The notes under the pieces: model-generated
Told to the model about the DNA's origin: nothing
The model's input: only the letters and a program-made list of their open reading frames with translations
Databases searched by the model: none
Shown: in pieces, positions 13,755 through 26,146 of the stretch
How positions within the stretch are numbered: position 1 is the stretch's first letter
Layout of the letters: each line of letters opens with the position of its first letter
Translations under genes and position numbers: made by a program
Assembly (NCBI GenBank): GCA_964016885.1
Contig: OZ024743.1
Span: forward strand, 223,386,001-223,450,000
From: Eledone cirrhosa
Taxonomy: Eukaryota
DNA: 64,000 nt
Reading direction: 5' to 3'

Positions 13755-14170
13755 TTGACACTGTTGATGTCTTGTAATGTTTACAGTGACACTGTTGGCA
13801 TCTTGTAATGTTTACATTAACACTGTTGACATCATGTAATGTTGACAGTGACATTATTGATGTCTTGTGATGTTTACAGTGACACTGTTGACATCTTGTA
13901 ATGTTTACAGTGACCCTTGACATCTTGTAATGTTTACATTAACACTGTCAATGTCTTCACTGGTAATGTTTACATTGATACTGTTGACATCTTGTAATGT
14001 TCACATTGAGACTGTTGATGTCTTCACTGGTAATGTTTATATTGACACTGTTGACATCTTGAAATGTTTACATTGACACTTGATGTTTTGTAATGTTTAC
14101 ATTGATACTGTTGATGTCTTGTAATATTTACATTAGCATAGTTATTTGTAATGTTTACATTGTTGATAGC
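13755..14170. repeat. Degenerate ~31-bp tandem repeat
   Basis: Unit approximately gacactgttgatgtcttgtaatgtttacagt, about 13 copies. Confidence 0.85.
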
Positions 14171-17100
14171 TTCATTTGTAGTGCTTACATGATCATTTTC
14201 TACAGCAAGCATACTGAAGAAGTGTTATTGATGTTATGGTTTTAGCTTGTGTATAAAAAAATCGTTACTGTTTGTGTGTAGGTAAATTGACATCAGTTGA
14301 CAAACAAAAGCCTTTACAGGATTTGAACGGTATTTCTGTAGTGAAGTTGTTTCACTCAGATACAGCTTGAAATGCTGTTCACTTCTTTGTGTTACTTATG
14401 TTTTACTCTCTGTCTCCATCCATCACAGACTGCTCATGTATGGAGACAGAAAGGACACACTAAGAAGCCAACTTACTGACAGTAAGCTAAGTTAAATGAT
14501 AAGCTAATTTACTGGCAGTAAGTTGGGGTTGATTATTGGGGGGTGGGGAGAAAACAACAACAATGAGTCTCAAATGAGGAAATACTATTATGTTTGACTA
14601 TTCTTTCTCTTTGGTGTTTAGCCTAATCATTACTAACTTGTCAGACAAGGAGGGAAAACCAAATAATACCTCTGCTGATTGAGCATTTATAGTTAAAAGA
14701 TTAAACAGTATTTCATCTTAAATAAATGAGATTTTACAGAGAAAATAATTGTTAAAAAATGTAAGCTCTGTATCTTTTTTTTCTTTTGTTCAAACAGAAA
14801 GAAAAAAATGATAAAGATAAAAAAAAAGAAAGGAAAGGAGGAAATCCAGATATTTTTGCCAGCCATGGTTAAAAAATGTGACTAACCTTTGCTTGCAATG
14901 AATATCAGATTCCTTTGTTCTGACGCTGATTTGTCTACAACACAAAATTTCAGTGACGCTATTTTCAGAAGCTCTGAACCAAACTATAACAATATTTCTG
15001 AAAACATTATATCAACATGCTCATGATAACTTACTTTGTACTTGTGTTGACATTCACTCAGGAGGGGTTTGAACCAACCTCCAACCAGAGCATCCACATA
15101 ATAAGTAAAAATATAAATCTTTATTTATTTTTTCTTATTGGGTGGCGGGGGTGTTCATTGTAAAATTTTTAGTTTGGTATAAAAACTGGAAAGTGAGATT
15201 TGAAGAATAAAATTCGTCTATTACCACAACCCTGCACTTCTCTTTACTTGCTGTTATCTATGGTTGCTATTATATATATATATATATATATTTATCCCAA
15301 AACATGTTATTAGGTAAGATTCTCTAATCATTCAAAAACTGTTTACAGCTATATTTAGTAGGTTGTGAATCCAGGCAGCAAATTGACAGTTATTAAGGTG
15401 TCTGATTAAATGCCTCATTCGCTCTGAGTTCAAATCCAGCCGAGATCAACTTTACCTTTTATCCTTTCAGAGTTGTAGTTCAGGGGTGATTGATTGGCAG
15501 AATGGTTAAAAAGTTGGATAGGATGCTTTGCAGTATCTGATCAAGCTTTGTGCATTAAGCGTTCAAACCCTGATTCTTTCTGCCAGGAGTTGTGACTAGC
15601 AGATAGTATCAGCAATGGAAAAACAAGTGGAAACAGCTTTCTTGGTCTGATATGACAATCATCTCTCCTTTCCTTTTTGAAACCAAAGTGATTGAATAAA
15701 TGGAACTTGAAAGGATGATTCATATTTCATAATTTATTTCTTCTGAGATTTAGGAAAATGTAGATTAATGGGTTAAAAGATTAATCGAGATTGAAGGCGG
15801 AATAAAAATTTTTTTATGTTGATGATTTTTGATCACCATCAATAAATTCCAAAAGTCTTTTAAGTTGTCTACTGCTTGGAAGTTTTCATATATGATGCAT
15901 TGATCATTATTATTAGCCAAGATTGCAGCTTAAATTTCAACTACAGAACTTTTGTCTCTAATTTTTGTTTTTATTTTATTTAAAATAACACAGTCAGCCT
16001 TATGATATCTTCACTCTTCACATCATCAAAACAAATATTTTATTAATTTTGCAATATATATCTCCGGAGAGACTATATGTGTATGTAAATATGTTTTTTT
16101 GTTTTTTATTATTATTATTGAATTGAACATTAAATAAAATGAGGAAGATGAACATAATGGTTATTTCCTTTTTATTAGCCTATCTCTGACCCAAAATTAT
16201 CCAAATCAAATAATTTTTCCCTATTTTCTGTTTTTGTTAATGGATAATGTTTTTTTATGTAGCACGTAGACAGCAACAGCCAAACATCTTATCTATTTGT
16301 GACTGTGGCTCTTGGAATATACTCTCTAAAAGTATTGTAGTGACTTGGCAGAGTTGGATTAAATGCCTCAGTATTTGTTCGGGCTCACTGCAAATTCCAC
16401 CTCTTCCTGTTGGGAGTTGCGACTGACAGATAGTATCAACAATGGAAAGACCAATAGAAACAGTTTCTTGGTCCAATCTGACAATCGGCTTCTTTCCTTT
16501 TTTAAAAAGTTATATCTTTTAAAATCTTCCAACTTTAAGTAATATAACTAACATACAATTAACTTTTTTCTAATTATTTAAACATTTTAAATTTTATCAT
16601 TGAGCTTCTTCCATCAGTTTTTTTTTTGTATGTATGTGTGTGTTATATGAAGTCTTATGGTCTAGTAGTTACTGTTGAACTCTCAATCATAATGTCATGA
16701 GTTTGATTACTGGACTGTGCAGTGCATTATGTTCTTGAGCAAGACATTTCATTTCGCTATTCATGATAGGACTAAAACACCCGAGAAACTTCTCATGAGA
16801 TACAACTTCATAGGACACCAGCTAAATCTGCATAGGTGTAAAGCCCCTATCATGAAAACACCCGAGAAACCTCTTTGTAGGAGGCCAGCTAAACCTGTAA
16901 AGGTGAGAGTTATAACAACAACATAAGAATGAGGTCCCTATCATTAAAACACCTGAGAAACCTCCTATGAAATACAACTTAGTAGGAGACCAGCTAAACC
17001 TGTAAACATGTGAGCTTTAGATTTTTTGCAATGTTCTTTGTTTGTTATACATTGATAGTTCACTTTTGTTAAAGTAGTTTTCTTTTAAATAAGAAAATAT

Positions 17101-20100
17101 GTTAGTGAAGGCATGTAGCCTAGTGGTCAGGGTGTTAGATTCATGATCATAAAGTAATGGGTTAAATTCCTGGACTGGGCAATACTTGTCCTTAAGCAAG
17201 ATGCTGGGTTTTATGTTGCTCCAGTCCACTTAGCTAAAAAAAATAGCATTTTTTTTTTTTTTTGCATGTTGCTATATTAAAAGTCTATTGGCTGGTTTTT
17301 ATATTGCAACAAGAGAAAGCAGTGTATTGAGCTGAACTGTTATATGGCATTGGTCAATGTAATGGTGTTTTTGAATTGAAATCCCAACCAAATCAGCTTT
17401 ATCTTTCACCCCAGAGTTGATAAAGTAAAAACTAGTAATATACTGAGTATTGATTTGATCAGCTACATTTTCTAGCATCCAGTGAAGGCATATGGCCTAG
17501 TGGTTAGGGTGTTAAACTCATGACCATATGGGCCTGGGTTTTATTCTTGGAGCGGGGGCCATGCAGTGTTCTTGAATAAGTAATTTCATTATATGTTTCT
17601 TTCCATGGTTGGACTGGGGCTCCTATCATTAAAACCTCCAAGAAATCTATCTATGAGATGAAACCTTGTAGGAGGCCAACTATACCCACATAGTTATGAG
17701 TTGTAATGTGTGTGATATGATTGGGCTCTATTATCAACACCCAACAAACCTCTTATGAGATAAAACCTCAAAGGAGGCCAACTAAACCTGCGCAGGTGTG
17801 AGCTGTAAATTTCATTTTACTTTGAACTCCTGCAAAAATTGGTATTGGGGGTGGGAGCCAAGGGAAAATATATCCTCAATCCTGCATCAGTTTAAAGGCA
17901 TAATTGAAACAAGTTATAAAAAAAACCCAACAATAATAATAGTAAATACCCCAAAATACAAGAACATTTTGTCACCCCTCTCCCCATCTATAGCATTACT
18001 AACACGCTTTTTCCTTTTCCTATTGCTTTCTCTACCTTTCTTTAGCTTTCACAACATCCATTAAATTAATCATCTACAATCTCTTTGGCCTCTCAGCATC
18101 ATTTAATGATTGCAGAGAAAAATTTACATAAAAATATGTAAATTATATATGCATTAACCTCTTAGGCCTCTCAGAGCATCATTTAATTATTGCAGAGAAA
18201 AAATTATGTACAATAAAAAATAATCAAATTATGTTTGCATTGCCCTCTCAGCATTATTCATGAGCACAGAAAAAAATTTACATACAATAAAAATGTGTAA
18301 ATTAATTATGTATCCATTGTAAGCATGTATTATGTATTTGACTCTTCCTCATAGGAGGGTCATCACATCCCACCCACCTCAACTGCAACAGGCATAGTGT
18401 TTGTGTTGTGTTGGCACGCTTAAAACTAAACACATAATGAGGGCATGAAATAAAAATAAATCAAACTAACTCATCTACACTAATACTTGGATACAGGCAC
18501 CACTTTACCTTTCATCCTTACGGGGTCGATAAAATAAGGTACCAGTAATGTACTGGGTAATTGCTGGCCTTGTGTCAAAAGTAGAAACAACTGATGTGTA
18601 TGGGTCAGGTGTTGACTGCTCAACTGCAGCAATCATAGCGTTTTTGTTGGCACACTTCAGAAAAATGAATACATGAGAGCATAAAGATTAACTCAGTAAT
18701 TTATTTGCATTGGTGTCTGGACACATAAACATACAGCTCCTCCACACTTACATGTGTTATGTTGGTCAGTTTTTGTTGTTGATTTTTGTTTTCCCCAGAC
18801 TGACACAGAAGATCCTTCACATTATATCTATGAAATGTGTTGGACACTAAGGCTATTTAACTCATCTACATTAATATCTAGACGCACAGCTCTTCCACAT
18901 TGATGTATATTGTGTTGGACACTAGGCTATTGAACTCATCTACATTAATATCTAGACGCAGCTCTTCCACATTTATGTATATTATGTTGGACAAGTCTCT
19001 TGTTTCTAGACAGACATCATCATGTAGATTTATTTTTCATTTTTATTTTTTTTTGTCTTTGAAACCATTTCTTTACATGTTAGCTCAGATGTATTGTGGC
19101 CAATTTTGTTATATCCTATTAACATCCAACTTTTTTTCCTATATGATGATGGCCTCATTACAGCTCTTTTAGCAAAATAATAACAAGGACAATATGTATA
19201 TATACGTATGTATGTGTGTATATATATATATATATACACACATTTTTAAGTCAAAGATTTTGAGTGGGTTAGGAAAAGTAGTCCATTTTTTCCCTTCCTC
19301 TACTTTGTCTAATTTTCAGAAAAAAGATGGGACATCTCACCACCACCCCATCCTCTCTACAAAGATGATTTTTTTTTTATTTATTCATTTTTATTTATTT
19401 TTGAAACTCCTTCATTTAAAGAAAAAAATAATTTTCATTAAGAAGAATTATTTCAGCACATGGACAGGACAGTATATACCTGTGCCTTCTTTTTTTTTCT
19501 TTTTTTTTTACTGCCAGTAATATCCAAATGTTTGTTCCCTCAGAGGGAATTGATTAATACAAGATAAAGAAAAAATATTTTTTTCTTTATTTTAAATGAA
19601 TTAAAAAAAAAAAATGGAATCAGATTGGCAAGTTATTTACCATTTTATTTTATTTTATTTATTTAAAAATTCTTATTTCTTGACCTCGTTCTAGAAAATT
19701 CATCTCTTTTCTTTGTATCAACTACTTTCTAGAATATAACATTCTCTAAAAATAAATAAATATAAATAAAAATTGGCAGATTTTTTTTTCTTCCTAATAG
19801 TGGTGTGAATTGTTTGCTGACCATTAGCAACCAGGCTTCACTTTAGGAATAAATGCATGGCTAATTTGCAAATGATTGTCCAGACATTTTCAGTGAATGT
19901 GTCTTTGACTTTCAAAGTAAGAATAAATACTCAAGTACTCTTTAATATCTGAGTAAATACTTTTGTTTTGTTTTCTGTTTGTTTCCATTGCTTAAACTCT
20001 TAACATCCGGTACCACATAAAACTGTGTTAGCAAGACATTCTCGAAAAATGTAAAACAGCACTATGACTGCATCACAAAAAATTAACATCCTTACTCAAA

Positions 20101-21214
20101 TTTTTACAATGATCTGTCTACTAGTAGAGATACTATTATCAAACTTGTTTCTAGATATTTTATTATTACAGGATGTTAACAGTTAACAATTTTTTTATTT
20201 ATTTTTTTTTTTTTCATTGTTAACATGAATCAACATTACAGTACGATCTTAGCACATCTGAAGATATCTCCTCGTAGGAAAACAGTTAAACTTGCATAAA
20301 TGTGTGCTGCAAATTTCATGTTTTTTTTTTTGTTCATTTGAAAATTGCTTTTATTACCATATTTCTAATGAAAAGCACTAATCTATCATTCTGAAAATAA
20401 AGAATCCGTAAGCTAAAGTATGGAACATAGCTTTACAAATATCCTGACATAAAATTCTGATAGATTTTTTTTTAGAAAAATAAGAACAGATTTGTACCAT
20501 AAAACTAGGGGTGGTTTCCAGCAATTCAGAATCAAAAGGGAAGGTTAATCATCTTGATAGCAACCTGCTTAAAACAAGCTCTGGTTTTGTGATACTAACT
20601 GCCCATTTTAAAATGTTCATATTTAAATAAATACCATCCATCATAATTTTATGTAAGAATCTTTTATGCTCCAAACATCAATTAAACAATGAGACACTGT
20701 CCTTTCATACTAAACAGTAAAAAAAATGACTGGCCATGTTGAAAATCGAAATTTTGTGCATGTTCAGTTTTGGGTAAAACAAAAATAAGGAAAACCATGG
20801 CATTCACAAAGATTTGTAGGTTCCCTCTGTTGTGTGTATGATGACAAAGGACCATAACACGAGGACTGCCTCTATTCCAATCCATGCCAGCATGAGGGAA
20901 AAAAAATGTAAAATTAATCCTTTTGATATTAAAATACCTGAAACTGCTTCAAGTTCATACAAAACACTTTGTTTTAATCATTCTGTTACCATATTTCTCA
21001 TAAAAGACACTGCATATGATTTTCAAATAATTTTGAAAATAAAGAATTTGGAATAATTTAGGTTTTATAAACCTTACTGTTAAGTTGGTGTTTGGAACAT
21101 AACTTAAAGGTTCTTACAAACTTAGAACGTAAGTTATTTATTTATCCTTTTAACCCTTTTGATCACAAACCACCCTGGTTCAATGATACTAACCTGTTTC
21201 TGACATCTGACTGT

Positions 21215-22148
21215 TCAAAGAAGACTTCAATAGTAGTGACTTCTCTTGAAATTTGGCATCATGGTGTTATCAAGTATCTGCAGAAAAGAAGTTTAGCCCT
21301 CAAGGACATTCATGCTGACATGGTTGTTACATGAAGGGATGACACTCCAGCTTTGCCAACAGTGCAAAAATGGGCAGCTGAATTTAGGAGAGGAAGGGCA
21401 TGTCTTGAAGATGACCCAAGGTCTAGATTTCCTGCAACTGCCACCACTGATGAAAATGTTGATTGTGTTTACTACATGGTGATGGATGACAGACGATTGA
21501 CTAAAAATCAAATAGCTAATGCCATTAGTATATCCTGTGAGAGAGTTGAGAATATTCTGCATTATGAACTTGGCATGAAGGTTTCTACACCTGATGAAAA
21601 GTGCACCAGGCTGATCACATCACAAGAAAATCTGATATTGTTTGAGGCAAATCCAGTTGGGTTCATCACTGAGATAGACAAAGAGACAATCTATGCAGTG
21701 GAAACACCCCTCCTCACCTGCTCCAAAGAAGGCCAAGGTCATTTCATCTGCAGGGAAGGTGATCTCAGGCATTGTGTTTATTGACTATCTTCAAATGGGC
21801 CACACCATCAATAGAGAGTATTATGACAACTTGCTGAGGCAATTACAAAAGGCAATCATGCCCAGGAAAACTAATGAAAGGGGTTTGTTTCATTCTGATT
21901 TGATCCGATATGACTCATCTGTCCCCCAACAAGAAAAAACACTTGGCTGAGAACGCAGTGATAATGATGTCATATCTGTTGTTTGACCAACAGGATGAAA
22001 GCTTCTTCACCAATGGGATCCAAGCACTACAACACCAATGGAAGATGTGTGTGGACTGTAAGGGGAGCTATGTTGAAAAATAAACCTAATTTGGTCACAT
22101 TTCATGAAAGTATCTTGGTCAGCCTATGAACTTTTCAGCTGAGCCTTG
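21215..22148 (+). mobile_element. Decayed mariner transposon
   Basis: Frameshifted transposase pieces TVQKWAAEFRRGR..LEDDPRS and MQWKHPSSPAPKKAK..SAGKV..IDYL..G.TIN.EYY; right end resembles a mariner TIR followed by TA. Confidence 0.85.
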
Positions 22149-22499
22149 TAGTCTTATGTAAGAACATTTGTTAATTTATGCTTCAAACACTAACTTAATA
22201 AGAAGGTTAGTTATATAACTAAATTCTTCCAAATTTATTATTATTTCCAAACTTATTCTAAGATTATGGATTATATGCAGTATTTCTTAACCCATTAGCA
22301 TTTAAATCGGCTGCATCCGGCCAGAATTCTCTCACCTCTTTATGTTCAAACCGGCTTAAATCAAACTGAACTTAAATTAAACACAATATTTTTCCTTTGG
22401 TTCACAATATTTGGTTGTCAACTAAATAGAACAACAACAAAATCAATGTTTTGGGACAAATTTAATTTAAACAAAAAAAACAAATGAAAATCTAAAATG

Positions 22500-22950
22500 C
22501 AGCAAATAGTTTATGAGTGATAAGAGCATTGTTGTTGTGGCATATGGAATCTTCCTTGATGAAGTATAGGCTCTGAAATGGGGAACTCCCCATTGGTCTC
22601 TCTTCTGCGGCTTCTTCATCCAATGATCATTGTCTATGCGTATCTCATGTACATACCAATGCACACCACCTCAAATTCCTCTTAAACTCAACTTCTCCAA
22701 GCTCTGCTTGTCTCACACATCCAACAGAGCATGGTTGCTTAATTTTTCCCCAGTCTGCATATCCTCTGCAGTCACAGCCCTTGTTTCACTACAATGTAGC
22801 ATCGTACTTCACACACAGGTGTCGTATAACCATCCTTTTGTACATTGGGAGAAACCTTTTGTGGCCAACAGTGGGAGTAGTTCTTTAAACCTTTTCCATC
22901 CTATCCTTATTCTAGCTATTCTTTCAGAACACACTTCTCCACTACTAATT
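22500..22950 (-). mobile_element. Decayed RTE LINE 3' fragment
   Basis: Homologous to the RTE C-terminal region at 38550-38960 (GWKxFxELLPLLATKGFS). Confidence 0.75.
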
Positions 22951-23544
22951 AGTAAAAGCTATCTATCAACCATATATATATATATATAAAGATTAAGAAG
23001 CACCAAAGAGTCAATATGCTTTTAACCCTTTAGCATTCACATTACTCTATATATACTATTATATTTTCATGGTAAATGCTTTATCTCACATAATATTGAA
23101 TCTATGAGATTTTGAAAGTATCTATTTTGAGAACAATACCTTAACATCAGTTTGAGTGACCAGTTACAGCCAGCTTCAACAGAAAAAGGTAGAGAATTCT
23201 GGCCGGTTTGAACATTAAAGGGTTAAATTAACACGTTTCTGCTTTAGAGCTTTATCCTGAGGATGCAAAGTTACAAAATCAGAAATTAAAAAAAATTCAA
23301 GAAACTTTTTTTTCCAAAAAACTATTATCTAAGTTGAAAAACATTAACTCTTTGGTGCTTCTTAATCTTTATATATCAGCTCTGCATGACCCCATTGCAT
23401 TGAGCTTTAAACCCTCTAGTAAAGTTTATACCCAGTGTGGTGGTGAATTAATGAGGTGTAAGATACATGTCTTTCGATAAAAATGGTTTGGGAATATTTG
23501 TTAGAAATATATGTTATTGATATTGATTTGGGAGGTGGGGATCA

Positions 23545-24520
23545 GTGAAATGGTAGTGTACCTCCGAGGGTTGTTCCCTTTAACAATCGAATGTTTTAAA
23601 GTGTGGGTGTCATCCACTTCTATTTGATATTTTTCTTTGCAGCAAGACGCATTTGCACCATAGTAACACACCCCACACTACAGGAAAAGAGATTATATGA
23701 ACTAAAAGAGTTCCTTAAAAGACAAGAATATCCAGTGAACCTCATCAATATGGCCATCTCCTAGGCCCAGAACATCCCAGTGACAACACTGAGAAAAACA
23801 AACCAACAAAATGAAAGGGAAAAAAGTTATCCCTTTTGTCATGACTCACACACAATCCAAGGAACTTCAACATTGTGAAAGCTGCTAAACAATATCTCCC
23901 GATTCTCCAGCAGTCCTCTAAAATGAATGCACTCATAAAAGACTCACAAATAATATATAGTAGACGCCAAGCACTCAACCTAAAGAAACTGCTTACCAAG
24001 GCGAAATTTACGCCTGATAATGAAACAATATAAGTTAAGAAATGTGGGGATCCTCAAAGAGGAACTTCTGAATGCATTGAAGAGGGTGGGAAAATCTCCT
24101 TTAAAAACAATGAGATTTTCAAAGTTAAATCAAACATGAATTGCAAAATAAAAAAATTAACTTATTGTGCAACCTGCCCACAATGTAAGAATACTACATT
24201 GGTGAAACTGGAACAGGTCTACATGACAGAGTTCGAGTACATAAACAACAAATTAGAGATCCCTCTGTCAGAAACACCACATGCAGAAAGGGAAAATTCA
24301 CAATCTTCCCCTTTTTTAAGATATGGTTGGACAAAGAACATTTCTGGAAATATAAAGTCGAATTCTTCATTAGAAAGTACAAACCGTTATTGAACACAAA
24401 AAACAAAACAAAAAAAAAAACGGGATTCTCTCCCTTCTATTAAAAAAAGAAAACTATCCAAATAGAAGTGGATGACACCTGCACTTTCGAACATCCCTCG
24501 GAGGTACACTATCATTTCAC
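23545..24520 (+). mobile_element. Penelope-like element remnant (GIY-YIG) with inverted flanks
   Basis: Frameshifted ...YSRRQALNLKKLLTKAKF...MNCKIKKLTYCATCPQC..YIGETG..; 23545-23630 and 24450-24520 are inverted copies of each other. Confidence 0.75.
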
Positions 24521-24692
24521 TAATCCTCCTCTCCCCAATGTATATGTGAACTTAAATACTTGAGTAGATGTGTCTACATGTGTGTGTAGATGTGTATTGT
24601 ATGTGTGTATATATGTATGTATATCTGTAGGTGTAAAGATATGTGTATACATATGTATGCATGTATATATAAATGCATATATATACATGTAC

Positions 24693-24740
<48 letters not shown>

Positions 24741-25690
24741 ACATATATATCTGGTAATCCTGGTATACATTGCACACCAGTAATTCCAATGAAGTGCAGA
24801 TGGTAAATGATAATTGTTTCTACTTTTGGCACAAGACCAGCAATACCCAGTACATTACTGGTACTTTATTTTATCGGCCCCGTAAGGATGAAAGGCAAAG
24901 TTAACCTCGGCGGGATTTGAACTCAGAATGGCAAGGGCCGTAACTCTATGCGTCAAAGCATGGCATCCGACCCTCTACCGATACTGCAATAATGATGATA
25001 TTTAAGCTATCTTTTATACTCAGTCAACACATCACTCTTTATTTCTTGAAACATGTCACTGCAGTCTTTGAAATTGAAAATATATTTTCCTGTGTGTTTA
25101 TAACATATGTATGTGTATTTTCAGAGACGTGTGTGTATATGTGAGATAGCGAGCGATGAAAATACTATTTCACAAGCATACAAGATATCCCTATACAATC
25201 ATATTTATGCAACTAGTCGCAAAGTATATTACAAACGTCCTCACTTGTATTGAAAATATTGTGAAAAAGTGAAAGAGTACAATACTAAAAAAAATCAGCA
25301 ACAATAATAATACAAAACTAAAAAAATTTATTTTTATTCGTCATACAGAACATGCCAAAAGTGTTGATGAAATGTTTCAGTCACAACAACCTCTAGTACC
25401 AGAAAATGTACCTGTTACACTCTGTAAAGTGGTTGGCATTAAGGCTACCAACTGTAAAAAAAAGTTGTCAAGCAAAGAATCGAGAGGCCTGGTTAGTTGT
25501 ATCACATTCAGTACACTCTGTAAAGTGGTTGTTGACATTAGGAAGGGCATCGAACTGTAAAAAAACTTATCAAGCAAAGGAATGATAGGGTAACTGGTGG
25601 ATTGGTAGATTTGGTAAACTATCAAATTTAATATCTTGATGGGTTTAGTTTATCATTTTATGTTTAGGGCCACTTTCCATCCTATACATA

Positions 25691-26100
25691 TGTAGCGACG
25701 TGGTTAGTCAGTCTGGTCACTACTGCCGATCAGATCCGAGAATAGCCCTCAAAAGGACTTATCGCATCTGAAGATTGCCCTTAAAAGAACTGTTGTCACA
25801 TACGGTAAGGATGAACAGACGAAAGCACAAGTTGAAAGGACGAAGCATGTAAATTCGATCAGCTATTTATTTTCACATGAAGCGACGATACAAGGTACAA
25901 GGTGTGTGGCAGAGGCGAGGAATAATGATACGCTGGTTGATTCTGCCAAATGTCGACTGGCGAAAGTGTTTGGAAACACTCTATTTATACAGAAACAATC
26001 GTTTGATGTTTAGTCGCTGCGTAGGCATTTATTCTGATGGCTTCTAAGGATTGTTTGTTTCACGGTGAGGTAGCTAGATGTTATTTCCGGTGGCTGTACA
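25691..26100 (-). mobile_element. Solo LTR (Gypsy-like), 410 bp
   Basis: Begins TG(tagc), ends (tgta)CA, flanked by 4-bp CATA duplication; minus strand carries TATAAAT (~25985) and AATAAA (~25865). Confidence 0.7.
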
Positions 26101-26146
26101 CATATAAAATATATTAGAATTCTTTATCAACAAATGTTCCTGACTA

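Noticed and set aside
23255-23290. Further hammerhead candidates (also 31985-32025)
   Set aside because: Core or stems broken (no paired stem II here; CAGAAGA core at 31988); treated as dead PLE ends.
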